A DNA stretch of 64,000 nt from assembly GCA_043772535.1 (NCBI GenBank), contig JAYVGC010000063.1, positions 4,613 through 68,612 on the forward strand, written 5' to 3'. The notes below the pieces were generated by a model. That model was given only the letters and a program-made list of their open reading frames with translations. It made no database searches and was not told the origin of the DNA. Within the stretch, counting starts at the first letter, position 1, and each line of letters begins with the position of its first letter. Positions 46,013 to 56,914 of the stretch are shown in pieces. The translations under genes and the position numbers were made by a program. Origin of the DNA: Flavobacterium sp. GTDB taxonomy: Bacteria; Bacteroidota; Bacteroidia; Flavobacteriales; Flavobacteriaceae.

Positions 46013-46753
46013 GTGTTGTTTTTCACTTCAAAAAAGCCAATTCTTGCCGATTTAATTCCCAACAATTATGTTGATATTCATTCGCATTTATTACCTGCAA
46101 TTGATGATGGTTCGCCAACAACGTCCACAACACTGCACCTAATTTTGGAGTTGCAAAAAATAGGATTTGCTGAATTTATTACAACGCCTCACATTATGGA
46201 ATTGATTTATCCCAATACCGATAATACAATTTTAAAGTTGTTAGATCAAACAAAAATTGAAATTGAAAAAGCAAATATTGCTACTTATTTTTCGGCTGCA
46301 GCAGAGTACATGATGGACGCAAATTTTTCAAATGCTTTACACCAAAAAAAAATACTACCGTTAAAAGAAAATTACGTTTTGGTTGAAATGTCGTATGTTA
46401 ATGCACCCTTAAATTTATACGATATTATTTTTGATATGCAGCTGCAAGGGTACCAGCCCGTTTTAGCACATCCTGAGCGGTACGCTTTTTTACATTCAAA
46501 ACTTGATGAATATAAAAAACTAAAAAATGCAGGCTGTTTATTTCAAATGAATTTGCTTTCAACCGTAGGATACTATGGCAAAGGTGTGAGTAAAGTAGCC
46601 GATTATTTACTACTAAATGCAATGATCGATTTTGTGGGTTCAGATGTACACCATCACAGGCATACGGAATCATTTTACAAAAAAATTGTTTTAAAAAATC
46701 ACGATAAGCTGCCACAACTTATTCAAAATAATCTCTTTTTTTCGTCTAAATAA
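46013..46753 (+). CDS. PHP-family protein-tyrosine phosphatase (CpsB/CapC/YwqE type)
   Basis: Has 'VDIHSHLLPAIDDG', 'TPHI', 'LAHPERY', 'GSDVHH'. GTG start. It is convergent with wzc. Confidence 0.85.
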   Translation: MLFFTSKKPILADLIPNNYVDIHSHLLPAIDDGSPTTSTTLHLILELQKIGFAEFITTPHIMELIYPNTDNTILKLLDQTKIEIEKANIATYFSAAAEYMMDANFSNALHQKKILPLKENYVLVEMSYVNAPLNLYDIIFDMQLQGYQPVLAHPERYAFLHSKLDEYKKLKNAGCLFQMNLLSTVGYYGKGVSKVADYLLLNAMIDFVGSDVHHHRHTESFYKKIVLKNHDKLPQLIQNNLFFSSK

Positions 46754-46755
46754 AT

Positions 46756-49113
46756 TTATTTTTTTCGTAGAAATGTCTTCATCTTACTTTTCCAATTTTC
46801 AGCAGTTTCTTCTGATCCGTAACCAAAACCGTATCCATAACCATAGCCGTACGTACTTTTTTGTTCGACATCATTAAGTACAATTTGCATTTTTGGCAAC
46901 TTTTTTTCTAGGTATAATGTTTCGGCATATTGCAATACTTTCTTTTCCAAATGATTGGCTCGCATTACATATATAAAAGCATCAGCATTACTCGAAATTA
47001 AAAAAGTGTCGGTTACTGGCCCCACAGGTGCTGTATCTACAATTATATAATCGTACTCTTTTTTAAGTTGGTCAAAAAGCACTTTTAATTTTTCGTTCAT
47101 TAACAACTCAACCGGATTTGGCGGAACAATACCCGATGGCATTACAAAAAAGTTATCATAACCCGCAACATTTATAATCAAATCAGCAACAGAAGTAGAG
47201 CTTCCGCTTAAATAACTAGTAATGCCTTGCTTCGGAATTTCAATGTATTCGCCTATGCGCGGACTTCTGATATCTAACCCAATTAATAGCACTTTTTTTC
47301 CGGTAAATGCAAGTGTTGTAGCAAAATTAACGGCAAAAAATGTTTTTCCTTCTTTTGGAATAGACGAGGTTACAAAAATGGTTTTACATAATTTAGAATC
47401 CAAATTTGCTAATGTAAATTCTAAATTTGTTCGTATCATTCGCAGCGCTTCGGCGGCACTTGAGCGACTTTCGGGTTGTATTACCAATTCGTCTTGCGGT
47501 GCTTTTGGCACTTCACCCAAAAATGGAATCGAAATTTTGCCTTCTACGTCTTTGCGGTATTTAATTTTAGTGTCTAAAAGGTCTTTTACATAAATCACAG
47601 CACCAGGAAGGAGCAGTCCAATAAAAATGGCACCTAAATAGAGTAATATTTTTTTGGGTTCAACCGATCCTATTAAAAATGCACTGTCAATTACTTTGGC
47701 TTTTGGTGATGTAACTGCTAACGAAATTTCGGTTTCTTCACGCTTTTGCAACAAATAAAGGTACAATGTTTCTTTTATTTTTTGCTGTCTTGCAATTGCA
47801 TTATAATTTTTTTCGTGCGATGGAATTTGAGTAATTTTACTATCAAATCGGTTTTTTTGTTCTGTTAAATTGCGTTTGCTAATTAACAAATCGTTTTGAC
47901 GACTCAATAAACTTTCTATAATATTCGTTTTAAATGCAGTTACTTGCGTATTCAAATTTTGAATTAATGGATTTAAAGCAGTGCCTTTTTCACTAATTCG
48001 TTTTTTTTCTAAAACCAATTTATTGTACTCATTTATATAACTGCTTGACGTTTCGGTGGCACTAATTACGTTTGTTGGAATTAGGGCATCAATATTTGCA
48101 TTACGCACCGACTCAAGCATGTACTGCCCTACTTTTATCTGGGTTTCTATTTCTAATTCTTTTTTTTCATAATCAGATGCCAATTGCACATCAAATTCTG
48201 CATCCGATTCAATATTTGTCAATCGGTTTGATTTTTTGTACGCCTCAGCAGTACTTTCTACGTTATCTAATTCATTTGAAATTAAAATTAAACGGTCTTT
48301 TATAAATTTCGATGTGTTTTCAGCTACTTCATTTCTATCTTTTATTGCATCTATGTTGAATTGTTTGACCAACTCGTTTTCATAATCTATTCCTTTTTCG
48401 ATAACCGGATTGATAAACGAAATCTCGACAACATTTGTTTTTTCAATATTGGCAATATTTAAACCCGAACTAAAATTTACTGCAATGTCTTTTTGCGATG
48501 ACTTAATAATTTTAACAATACATGGCGCGGTAATTTTTAAATTAGTGACCACTATTACAAATTCACCTAACTCTGATTTTATTTTTTGACCAAAATTATA
48601 TTCTACACGCTTACGGTTTTCTAGATCTGAATAAATAAATTTTTTACTATCAACAACATCAATTATAAACGATAAGGCTCCGTTTTCATAGTTATCATTT
48701 TTAGATATAAAAATTAATTTGATGGGCGAATTATTGTAAAGTTCACTTTCTACAACGCGTCCTTTTGTATAGTACGAAATGTCTAAATCCAACTCTTTTA
48801 CAACATTTTTTGATAACTTTCTTGATTTTAAAAGGGCAAGTTCGTTTTCGATATTCGTTTTTCCCGAAAATATGTTAAGTTCACTAAACGCCGATAGCTC
48901 GCTGGTACCTCCTTTTTTTTCATCTTTTATCAAAATTGTAGTTTTTACATTGTACTGCACAATGTTATACCGCAAAAAAGAAAAAACCATCACTAAACAA
49001 AATAAAATACTAAAAACGAACCATTTCCAATAGTGCAAATAGTCAAAAATAATTTCTTTGATGTTTATTTCTTCGTCTAATGTATTGGTGTTGTTATTTA
49101 AAAGAGGTTCCAT
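46756..49113 (-). CDS. wzc: polysaccharide co-polymerase / BY-kinase (Wzc-like tyrosine autokinase)
   Basis: N-terminal Wzz-like domain with two TMs, Walker A 'SSIPKEGKTF', 'IIVDTAPV', and a C-terminal tyrosine cluster 'STYGYGYGYGFGYGSE'. Confidence 0.9.
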   Translation of the reverse strand: MEPLLNNNTNTLDEEINIKEIIFDYLHYWKWFVFSILFCLVMVFSFLRYNIVQYNVKTTILIKDEKKGGTSELSAFSELNIFSGKTNIENELALLKSRKLSKNVVKELDLDISYYTKGRVVESELYNNSPIKLIFISKNDNYENGALSFIIDVVDSKKFIYSDLENRKRVEYNFGQKIKSELGEFVIVVTNLKITAPCIVKIIKSSQKDIAVNFSSGLNIANIEKTNVVEISFINPVIEKGIDYENELVKQFNIDAIKDRNEVAENTSKFIKDRLILISNELDNVESTAEAYKKSNRLTNIESDAEFDVQLASDYEKKELEIETQIKVGQYMLESVRNANIDALIPTNVISATETSSSYINEYNKLVLEKKRISEKGTALNPLIQNLNTQVTAFKTNIIESLLSRQNDLLISKRNLTEQKNRFDSKITQIPSHEKNYNAIARQQKIKETLYLYLLQKREETEISLAVTSPKAKVIDSAFLIGSVEPKKILLYLGAIFIGLLLPGAVIYVKDLLDTKIKYRKDVEGKISIPFLGEVPKAPQDELVIQPESRSSAAEALRMIRTNLEFTLANLDSKLCKTIFVTSSIPKEGKTFFAVNFATTLAFTGKKVLLIGLDIRSPRIGEYIEIPKQGITSYLSGSSTSVADLIINVAGYDNFFVMPSGIVPPNPVELLMNEKLKVLFDQLKKEYDYIIVDTAPVGPVTDTFLISSNADAFIYVMRANHLEKKVLQYAETLYLEKKLPKMQIVLNDVEQKSTYGYGYGYGFGYGSEETAENWKSKMKTFLRKK

Positions 49114-49116
49114 GAA

Positions 49117-49875
49117 TTACTTAATTAAAATTAATGCAGTGGTTAAAACAAATCCCAAAATAGAAACTATGGCAGTAACATTAGGTCCAATTGCAGCAGA
49201 ATCGATTTTTGCTTTTCGAGGTTCAACATAGATAACATCGTTTTGATCGAGATAATAAAGTGGCGAATTTACAAACTCGGCTTTAGTCAAATCAATACGA
49301 TTGTACGTTTTTACACCCTGGTATTCTCTGATTAGTAAAATATTTTCACGCCGCCCGAAGGGTGTTAAATCGCCTGCCGCTGCAAGTGCCTCTAATACTG
49401 TGATGCGTTGGCTTGTTACGGTTATTAGCCCCGGATTTACTACCTCGCCCAAAACTGCTATTTTAAAATTCAATAACCGAATGTTAATTACCGGATCTTT
49501 AACGTATACCAGTAGTTTTTCTTTTAAGATAGATTTTAGCTTGTTCAATGAATAGCCACTTACACTGAGGGTTCCTATAATCGGAAATTCAATATTTCCT
49601 GAATTATCAACCAAATACGATTGTTTTTGAGAATCAAACGTTCCGCCAGAATTTCCAAGTAATTGCGAATCAATATTAAACGGCACCACCGCATCACTCA
49701 CCGTTGACGAAACATGAATATACAACATGTCATCTTGTTGAATTAATGGTTCATAATTTGAGGATGAATTGTTCGGATTCTGCTGTCCTTGAAGATAAAT
49801 TACGCTCTTTTTTGGTACGCATGACGTTGCCCATAAAACAAGTGTAAAAGCGGCTAAAATTTTAGATACAGTCAT
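49117..49875 (-). CDS. wza: polysaccharide export outer-membrane protein (Wza-like)
   Basis: Lipoprotein-like signal peptide with Cys ('LWATSC'), then 'EPLIQQDDMLYIHV' and a SLBB-like region. It sits immediately upstream of wzc. Confidence 0.85.
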   Translation of the reverse strand: MTVSKILAAFTLVLWATSCVPKKSVIYLQGQQNPNNSSSNYEPLIQQDDMLYIHVSSTVSDAVVPFNIDSQLLGNSGGTFDSQKQSYLVDNSGNIEFPIIGTLSVSGYSLNKLKSILKEKLLVYVKDPVINIRLLNFKIAVLGEVVNPGLITVTSQRITVLEALAAAGDLTPFGRRENILLIREYQGVKTYNRIDLTKAEFVNSPLYYLDQNDVIYVEPRKAKIDSAAIGPNVTAIVSILGFVLTTALILIK

Positions 49876-49954
49876 TAATAAAATCAGATTTTTTACAAAT
49901 ATAGAATAAACTATTTAAATCGCTTTGCACCAGTACTATCTAAATTAGCTTTTG

Positions 49955-51952
49955 CTAATCGAGCGATTGAAAAACGGAGTTTAGACTTTTAAATTCAGGA
50001 ATTATACGTTTCATGATAGCGACCATTTCTTCCTTTTCACATTGTTCTATTGCCTTTTTCATTGCTGCAATCATGGTATTTAAATCATCAAAATCGTCAC
50101 AAACCTCATTCGCTATCAGTATTTTTTGGTGGTGTGTTGGCATTGTTTTGGACGATTCTGTTAGCAATTCTTCAAACAACTTTTCACCAGGTCGCAACCC
50201 TATAATTTTAATTTTAATGTCTAACTCGGGTTTAAATCCTGCTAAAAGGATCATTTTTTTTGCCAAATCTATAATTTTTACTGGCTTACCCATATCAAAT
50301 ATATAAATCTCGCCTCCATTTCCCATCGAGCACGCCTCTAAAACCAGCTGGCACGCCTCTGGAATGGTCATAAAATACCTAATTATGTCGGGATGGGTTA
50401 TTGTAATAGGCCCTCCTTCTTGTATTTGCTTTGTAAAAAGAGGTACTACCGAACCGCTTGATCCCAATACATTTCCAAACCGCGTAGTGATGAATTTTGT
50501 GATGGTACCATCAGCAGCTTCTTTATTTTTAAAATGTTTTGATTGCACATACATCTCGGCAATTCGTTTGCTGGCGCCCATAATACTGCTCGGGTTTACG
50601 GCTTTATCGGTCGAAATCATTATAAAACGCTCCACACCATGTTTTTGAGCTAAATCAACTACATTTTTAGTTCCTATTACATTGGTAAGAATTGCCTGAT
50701 CGGGATTTTCTTCCATCATCGGTACGTGCTTGTAGGCTGCCGCATGAAAAATTACATCGGGTTTATACAGTTCAAAAATACGGTTTACGGCATCGCTATC
50801 TTTTATATCAGCAATGGTATTTTTAATGGCAATAGAAGGCGCTTTTGTTTCTATTTCAAGCGATAAATTATGAAGAGGCGTTTCGGCTTGGTCTAGTAAA
50901 ATAATTGTGTTTGGTGCAAAAAGTAGTATTTGACGTACAATTTCGCTGCCAATTGACCCTGCTGCACCAGTAACTAAAATTGTTTTGTTGTTAAGTTGCG
51001 CCGCTATTGCAGATGAATCCAAGACAATAGGGTCGCGCCCAAGCAAATCTAAAATTTCGATGTTCTTTATTTTTTTGGAAACCTCTTTTTCATTTTCCCA
51101 ATTGGCAACAAGTGGCAAAGTAAATAATTTAAAATTGTATTCTAAACATTCCTCTACTATTGTATATCGCTCTTCTTTTGACAACAGTCCTTCGGTAAAT
51201 AATAGCCCCTCGGCACCTATTGACCGCAACAAAATTGGTATTGTTTTTCGTATCTGGTAAATAGGTAAATCTAAAATCCTTTTGTTTGTATTTTGATTGT
51301 TATTATCTATAAAGCCACATAGTTTGTACCGCTGGGGCGTTTCTGACTTTAATGCGTTTGCAACGGCTATCGCATTATCGTTTGATCCATAAACCACTAC
51401 TTTGATTAAATTATTAGAATTAGAATTTTTAAAAAAATATTCAAAGGTTTGTTTTACAATGATTCTATAAAAAAACAACAGAGTGAACGACATAACTCCA
51501 TTTATAAATGATGCTGTAGTTAAATATACTTTTTGATAATCAAAAAAAATAAATACCCTATTTAATACAATAATTACAACGAAAGTCGAAAATTGAGAAA
51601 AAAATAATTGTAAAGCATCGGTGTAACCCGAATGGCGAATAATACCAGAGTAGGTTCGAAATATCCAAAAAAAGAAAATATTTGTACCTAACTGAAATAA
51701 AACCGCAAACAACAAATACTGATTGGGTACGTAACTCCATTGAAGCGTTTTAAACAGAAAAAAAGTAATTATTCCTGACATTAAAACCATCGTAACGTCG
51801 ATGGACAAAATAATCCATCGAGGCAAATAGTCGAGGTTTTTAAATCTAAAAGTGAAATTTACTTCTTTTAAAGTTTTAAAAACATCATGGTATAAAGTAA
51901 TAAAATAATGGTTTTTCAAATTATTGCTTTTTTTAACGCATTTTAAATACAA
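49955..51952 (-). CDS. membrane-anchored nucleotide-sugar 4,6-dehydratase (CapD/PglF/WbpM family)
   Basis: N-terminal TM helices, Rossmann 'VTGAAGSIGSE', 'AAAYKHVP', 'ISTDKAV'. Confidence 0.88.
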   Translation of the reverse strand: MYLKCVKKSNNLKNHYFITLYHDVFKTLKEVNFTFRFKNLDYLPRWIILSIDVTMVLMSGIITFFLFKTLQWSYVPNQYLLFAVLFQLGTNIFFFWIFRTYSGIIRHSGYTDALQLFFSQFSTFVVIIVLNRVFIFFDYQKVYLTTASFINGVMSFTLLFFYRIIVKQTFEYFFKNSNSNNLIKVVVYGSNDNAIAVANALKSETPQRYKLCGFIDNNNQNTNKRILDLPIYQIRKTIPILLRSIGAEGLLFTEGLLSKEERYTIVEECLEYNFKLFTLPLVANWENEKEVSKKIKNIEILDLLGRDPIVLDSSAIAAQLNNKTILVTGAAGSIGSEIVRQILLFAPNTIILLDQAETPLHNLSLEIETKAPSIAIKNTIADIKDSDAVNRIFELYKPDVIFHAAAYKHVPMMEENPDQAILTNVIGTKNVVDLAQKHGVERFIMISTDKAVNPSSIMGASKRIAEMYVQSKHFKNKEAADGTITKFITTRFGNVLGSSGSVVPLFTKQIQEGGPITITHPDIIRYFMTIPEACQLVLEACSMGNGGEIYIFDMGKPVKIIDLAKKMILLAGFKPELDIKIKIIGLRPGEKLFEELLTESSKTMPTHHQKILIANEVCDDFDDLNTMIAAMKKAIEQCEKEEMVAIMKRIIPEFKSLNSVFQSLD

Positions 51953-52075
51953 AACCTGAAGTACACAATAAAATTAAGTTTCGAACTAAACTTTTAAAAT
52001 GAGTTGTTTATAATAAAAATAGCCTTTAAAAAAGGCAACAAAAAACTAGAAAATATCTTAAATGCGTACTTTGAA

Positions 52076-53209
52076 TCAAAACAAATATAAGGCTTTTTTT
52101 ATTCTATCGTGTGCATATTTGTCTAAATTAGATCCCGAAGGCAAACACAAGCCGTTATTGAAAAGATTTTCTGACACGGTGCCACCATAAAAAGGATATT
52201 TTTCAAAAACAGGTTGCAAATGCATTGGTTTCCACAACGGACGGCTCTCGATATTATTTTTATCTAAATACAAACGCAAATCTTCGCGTGATTTACCGTT
52301 GTTTTTAAAAGCGTCAATTACGATAGCACTGAGCCAATGGTTTGAAAAATAAGCAGCATTGGGTTCAGAAAAAACGGTTACTGCTGCATTGTTTTTAAAA
52401 AAATCGCTATACAACTGTTGCATTGCGCGTCGTTTGGCTACGTGATTGTCCAAAACTTCCATCTGACCACGCCCAATTCCGGCACAAATATTGCTCATTC
52501 GGTAATTATAACCAATTTCTGAATGTTGGTAATGCGGTGCAGCATCGCGGGCTTGCGTTGCTAAAAAAATAGCTTTATTTTTAATTACTTTTGAAGTACA
52601 CACCAAGGCACCACCGCCCGAAGTGGTAATAATTTTATTTCCGTTAAACGATAAAACACCTATATCGCCAAAAGTACCGCATTTTTGGTTTTTATAACTA
52701 CTGCCCAACGCCTCGGCACTGTCCTCAAGAATCGGAATTTCATACCGATTTGCAATGCTTCTAATTGCGTCTACTTTATAAGGCATGCCATACAAATGTA
52801 CTGCAATAATGGCTTTTGGCTTTTTGCCTTTTGCAATGCGGTCTTTTATAGCGTGCTCTAATGCGGTAGGACAAATATTCCATGTTTCTGGCTCGCTGTC
52901 AATAAAAATTGGCGTAGCACCTTGATAAATAATCGGGTTAGCCGATGCCGAAAACGTAAAACTTTGACAAAGTACCTCATCGCCTGCTTGCACATCCAAC
53001 AAAATTAAACCCAAATGCAAGGCTGCGGTGCCCGAACTTAAAGCTGCTACAACAACGTTGTGGTTTAAATATTGCGCCAAATCGTTTTCAAAACCCGATA
53101 CATTGGGCCCTAGTGGCGCCACCCAGTTGCTGTCAAAGGCTTCTTGCACGTACTTTTGCTCGTTGCCGCCCATGTGCGGCGACGAAAGCCATATTTTTTG
53201 GTTAGTCAT
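52076..53209 (-). CDS. DegT/DnrJ/EryC1/StrS-family nucleotide-sugar aminotransferase (PglE-like)
   Basis: PLP-lysine region 'LSFNGNKIITTSGGGAL' and N-terminal 'WLSSPHMGGNEQKYVQEAF'. The start was trimmed to the ATG at 53209. Confidence 0.88.
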   Translation of the reverse strand: MTNQKIWLSSPHMGGNEQKYVQEAFDSNWVAPLGPNVSGFENDLAQYLNHNVVVAALSSGTAALHLGLILLDVQAGDEVLCQSFTFSASANPIIYQGATPIFIDSEPETWNICPTALEHAIKDRIAKGKKPKAIIAVHLYGMPYKVDAIRSIANRYEIPILEDSAEALGSSYKNQKCGTFGDIGVLSFNGNKIITTSGGGALVCTSKVIKNKAIFLATQARDAAPHYQHSEIGYNYRMSNICAGIGRGQMEVLDNHVAKRRAMQQLYSDFFKNNAAVTVFSEPNAAYFSNHWLSAIVIDAFKNNGKSREDLRLYLDKNNIESRPLWKPMHLQPVFEKYPFYGGTVSENLFNNGLCLPSGSNLDKYAHDRIKKALYLF

Positions 53210-53864
53210 GTACTTGTGTTTGATCATGAAATTTAATTGGTTTGGCAGGAATACCTACTGCGGTACAAAATGCAGGAATATCTTGCACAACTACCGCACC
53301 CGCTCCGATAATACTTGCTGTTCCAATGCATACCTGATTTATAATTGTAGCTCCAGTACCTACATATACTTTATCATGCACAACAACTTCGCCCGAAATA
53401 TTTACTGATGGCATGAACGACGCATAATTACCAATAACAGTATCGTGACCCACGGTACACAATAGGTTTAAAGTCACAAAATCTTTTACTTCAATATTGC
53501 ATGTAAGAATTGTGCCGGCACAAATAACGCATCCTTTTCCGAGCACTACGCCATCGCTAGAAATATGAACACTTGGATGAATTATATTTGGATAACTACT
53601 GTTTGTACTGCTTAGGGCACTACTAATTTTTAATTTAGTTTCAGGATCACCAATGCCTAAAACCACATTAATGGGTTTTTTATGTGCTTGTAAATCATTT
53701 AAATTTCCTAAAATTGGATAGCTGTTTACTAGGGTTCCTTTTTCGAGGTTGTCATCATAAAATCCTAAAAAATTAAATTCCTTTGCACGTATATTAATCG
53801 CATCGATTATCGTTTTTACCTCCCTGCCAAATCCCCCTGCACCAATAATTACAATATCTTTCAT
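53202..53864 (-). CDS. NeuD/PglD-family hexapeptide-repeat sugar N-acetyltransferase
   Basis: N-terminal 'IVIIGAGGFGREV' and a C-terminal left-handed beta-helix repeat region ('VGTGATIINQVCIGTASIIGAGAVV'). Confidence 0.85.
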   Translation of the reverse strand: MKDIVIIGAGGFGREVKTIIDAINIRAKEFNFLGFYDDNLEKGTLVNSYPILGNLNDLQAHKKPINVVLGIGDPETKLKISSALSSTNSSYPNIIHPSVHISSDGVVLGKGCVICAGTILTCNIEVKDFVTLNLLCTVGHDTVIGNYASFMPSVNISGEVVVHDKVYVGTGATIINQVCIGTASIIGAGAVVVQDIPAFCTAVGIPAKPIKFHDQTQVHD

Positions 53865-53891
53865 AGCAACACGTATATATTAAAAAAATAA

Positions 53892-53989
53892 TTTGGGCGT
53901 TACCACAAGGGTCGCGCTTTTCATTACAATCTTTTTTAAAGCAAAAAAAGCTTTAAAAAAGTATTTTCATTGCAATCGCTAACGCAACC
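53892..53989. repeat. intergenic REP-like palindromic element (copy 2)
   Basis: 'tttgggcgttaccacaagggtcgcgcttttcattacaatc', then hairpin 'ttttttaaag-c-aaaaaaag?ctttaaaaaa', then 'gtattttcattgcaatcgctaacgcaacc'. Same family as 27924-28040. Confidence 0.7.
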
Positions 53990-54085
53990 TCAGCGCCGAC
54001 AATAACAATAGGTTTACTTCTATTCTTTAATAAACCCCAATTTTTTTCAGGCTTATTTTAAGGCAGGTACTTGCACCAATACCTA

Positions 54086-54691
54086 TTAGTACTGTCCTTC
54101 AAAAGGTTCAATTGTTGCTGCATCAGCAGCGGTTATGCCATCACTTTTTATTACTTTACTTACTGTTTTAAACAAAATGTGTAGGTCCAACCAAAAACTA
54201 CAATGGCGCACATAATACACGTCGAGTTCAAATTTTTTGTCCCAACTAATGGCGTTACGCCCGTTTACTTGTGCCCAACCTGTTATGCCTGGTTTTACCT
54301 CGTGACGCCTGTTTTGAAAATCAGAGTACAAATGCAAATAGTTCGTTAACAGCGGTCGCGGTCCAATGATACTCATGTCGCCTTTTAACACATTTATCAA
54401 TTGCGGAATTTCGTCTAACGATGTTTTTCTTACAAAAGCACCCCATGTAGTTAACCGTTCGGCATCGGATAGCAAATTTCCATCTGCATCTTTTTTGTTG
54501 TTCATGGTTTTGAACTTGATAATTTTAAAAATTTTTTGATGCAAACCAGGTCGTAATTGTACAAAAAAAGGTGTACCTTTATTTGCAATACACAGTACCG
54601 CTGTTACTACAACCACCACGGGACTTAAAAGTACCAACCCGCAAAGCGCCGTACAAAAATCAAGTCCTGTTTTAAAAAATGTTCTATACAT
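54086..54691 (-). CDS. small monotopic phosphoglycosyl transferase (PglC/WbaP C-terminal type, 'bacterial sugar transferase')
   Basis: Has 'DEIPQLINVLKGDMSIIGPRPL' and 'KPGITGWAQVNGRN'. 201 aa with one N-terminal hydrophobic helix. Confidence 0.9.
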   Translation of the reverse strand: MYRTFFKTGLDFCTALCGLVLLSPVVVVVTAVLCIANKGTPFFVQLRPGLHQKIFKIIKFKTMNNKKDADGNLLSDAERLTTWGAFVRKTSLDEIPQLINVLKGDMSIIGPRPLLTNYLHLYSDFQNRRHEVKPGITGWAQVNGRNAISWDKKFELDVYYVRHCSFWLDLHILFKTVSKVIKSDGITAADAATIEPFEGQY

Positions 54692-55835
54692 TTTCTATTA
54701 TGTTTATATATTCGTTCAAAGTTGCGTTCCAAACCAACTGCTGTTCAAATTTTAATACCACATTCGCGCGGGCGCTATTTTTCATTTTTTGTACCAATTT
54801 TTTGTCACAAAACAAAATATTCATTGCGTCAAAAATAGCCTTTTCATTTTTAACTTCAATTAACAATCCGTTTATTTTATCAGATATAATTTCGTTACTA
54901 CCATTTATGTTCGTTACGATACTGGGCAAATTCATAGCACCTGCTTGCAACACCACGTTTGGAAATCCTTCGCGGTAACTCGGAAAAACCAAACAATCAG
55001 CCAATGCAAAATACGAGCGAACGTCGGTTTGATAGCCCACCGAAACAATGCTTTTGTGGTTAACGATTTGGTGTATCGTAGTGCTTTTTAATGCGCTTAA
55101 ATGCGGCTCTAACGATCCAACCAAAAGCAGTTTTGCAGTTACTTGTGTGGCAGCAAATGCTACAAAAGCTGCAATAAGTTCGTTAATACCCTTGTCTTGT
55201 ACCAAACGACCCACAAAAATAAATACAAAATCATCTTTACTAATGTTTAAATCGTTTCGTAGTATTGAAAGAGCGTTTACATCGAAATGTTTGCTGTCAA
55301 AATAGTCGCAATCGATGCCGTTTACGTTTCCGTTGGCAATAATGTTAAGTGGTTTTTTGGTTATTTTATATCGAATTAAATCGTTTTTAACGCCGTTGCC
55401 TTCCGGATAAATATGCGTAGCAAATTGGCACAAAAGCTGATCTGTTGCAATTAACAACCGTTGCATTACGCCTGTTTTTGACGGAAAAATCAATCCGGTA
55501 AAAGTGTGCATTCGTATTGGAACTCTTGCAAAATAACCTGCCACCATTGATAGCAATCCGGCTTTAGGTGTTATGGAATGGATTATAAAAGGTTTTTCTT
55601 TTTTAAGGACGCGGTACAATTTAAACAGCGAAACCACATCTTTTAATGGGGCAATTTTGCGCTCGAATTGCACATTTATTGTTTTGACTTCTTCGCGGTT
55701 TTGAACTTCGAGCAAATGCGCATCTTTGCCCGAAATAGCGACTACCTCAAAATGCGCATTTAAAAAACGCAGTTGCCCTTTTAGCAATACGTCTAATGAA
55801 ATGGCAACGGTTGAAGTGCGGACTAATTTTTTCAA
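54684..55835 (-). CDS. glycosyltransferase, GT4 family (GT-B fold)
   Basis: The EX7E region 'PSYREGFPNVVLQAGAMNLPSIVTNINGSNEII'. Confidence 0.85.
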   Translation of the reverse strand: MKKLVRTSTVAISLDVLLKGQLRFLNAHFEVVAISGKDAHLLEVQNREEVKTINVQFERKIAPLKDVVSLFKLYRVLKKEKPFIIHSITPKAGLLSMVAGYFARVPIRMHTFTGLIFPSKTGVMQRLLIATDQLLCQFATHIYPEGNGVKNDLIRYKITKKPLNIIANGNVNGIDCDYFDSKHFDVNALSILRNDLNISKDDFVFIFVGRLVQDKGINELIAAFVAFAATQVTAKLLLVGSLEPHLSALKSTTIHQIVNHKSIVSVGYQTDVRSYFALADCLVFPSYREGFPNVVLQAGAMNLPSIVTNINGSNEIISDKINGLLIEVKNEKAIFDAMNILFCDKKLVQKMKNSARANVVLKFEQQLVWNATLNEYINIIENV

Positions 55836-56914
55836 ATTATTAGTGTTTTATACAATTGTATTTGCTTTTGTACCATAATTTCGATATCGAATTCAGATGC
55901 TCTTTTCAGACAATTTTTAACGGTTTGGTTATAAAAATCTGAATTAGTATCTAAGTGCAAAATGTGCTGTGCCAATGCTTTGTAATCGCCATCGTTAAAA
56001 AGCAAACCCGCACCGGCAACCACTTCGTGTAATCCGGGAACGTCAGAAGCAATAAACGGTTTGCCAGATGCTAATCCTTCAATACTTGCCAGCGATAGCC
56101 CTTCGTGATGCGACGAAAGCACAATAAAATCGGCGGTTTGCAGTAAATTTGCAATATCCATTCTAATTCCTAAGAAATGAACTCGACTTTGCAAATTTAA
56201 AGTATTTACTAAACCTTCGCATTCTGGTCTTAAAATACCATTGCCAACTAAAAACAAAGAGAACTTTGAAGGCAGATGTAGCAACGATTTTATGAGTGTT
56301 TTTTGATCCTTAGGGTATTGAAAAGAGGACACTTGAATAAGGAATTTTTTATTGCCTTTTTTTTCGAAAATAGCATCGTCATATATTTTGCCACTTTCAA
56401 TTAATTTCAAATTTATTCCGTTTTTTATAAGGATAAATTTTTTTAAATTATTTTTTATCGATTTTTTAATTGCTAAATCAACATCATCTGAAATGGTAAT
56501 AATATTGGTATAAAAAGAATATATAAATTGGTCAATTATTTGAAAAACGATATTGTTTCTTCTTCTGTTAGATGTACTGTGCTCTGTAAAGACCAATTTT
56601 ATTTTTGAAAATGACATCCATTTTGCAAGCGCAACCCAATACAGTGCTGGAAATAAGTGCACATGTACAATATCGTACTTTTTTAGAAGCGGTATAATTT
56701 TAAAAATCAATAACGGATTGTACACCGATTGCATTCCTAAAATAACAGGAGTACAGCCGTTGGCATAGAGCTTATTTAAAAAAGGAGTTGCTGTGCCATT
56801 TAACAAAATTACATCAACCACCACACCTTGATTTTTAAAAACCGAAACCGATTCGGCAATTAAATTTTCGGCGCCACCGGTACCCATCGAGTTTATTAGG
56901 TGGGCGACTTTCAT
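55832..56914 (-). CDS. glycosyltransferase, GT4 family
   Basis: Has 'MKVAHLINSMGTGGAENL' and 'SSHHEGLSLASIEGLASGKPFIASDVPGLHEV'. The start was trimmed to 56914, giving an ATGA overlap with the upstream GT2. Confidence 0.85.
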   Translation of the reverse strand: MKVAHLINSMGTGGAENLIAESVSVFKNQGVVVDVILLNGTATPFLNKLYANGCTPVILGMQSVYNPLLIFKIIPLLKKYDIVHVHLFPALYWVALAKWMSFSKIKLVFTEHSTSNRRRNNIVFQIIDQFIYSFYTNIITISDDVDLAIKKSIKNNLKKFILIKNGINLKLIESGKIYDDAIFEKKGNKKFLIQVSSFQYPKDQKTLIKSLLHLPSKFSLFLVGNGILRPECEGLVNTLNLQSRVHFLGIRMDIANLLQTADFIVLSSHHEGLSLASIEGLASGKPFIASDVPGLHEVVAGAGLLFNDGDYKALAQHILHLDTNSDFYNQTVKNCLKRASEFDIEIMVQKQIQLYKTLII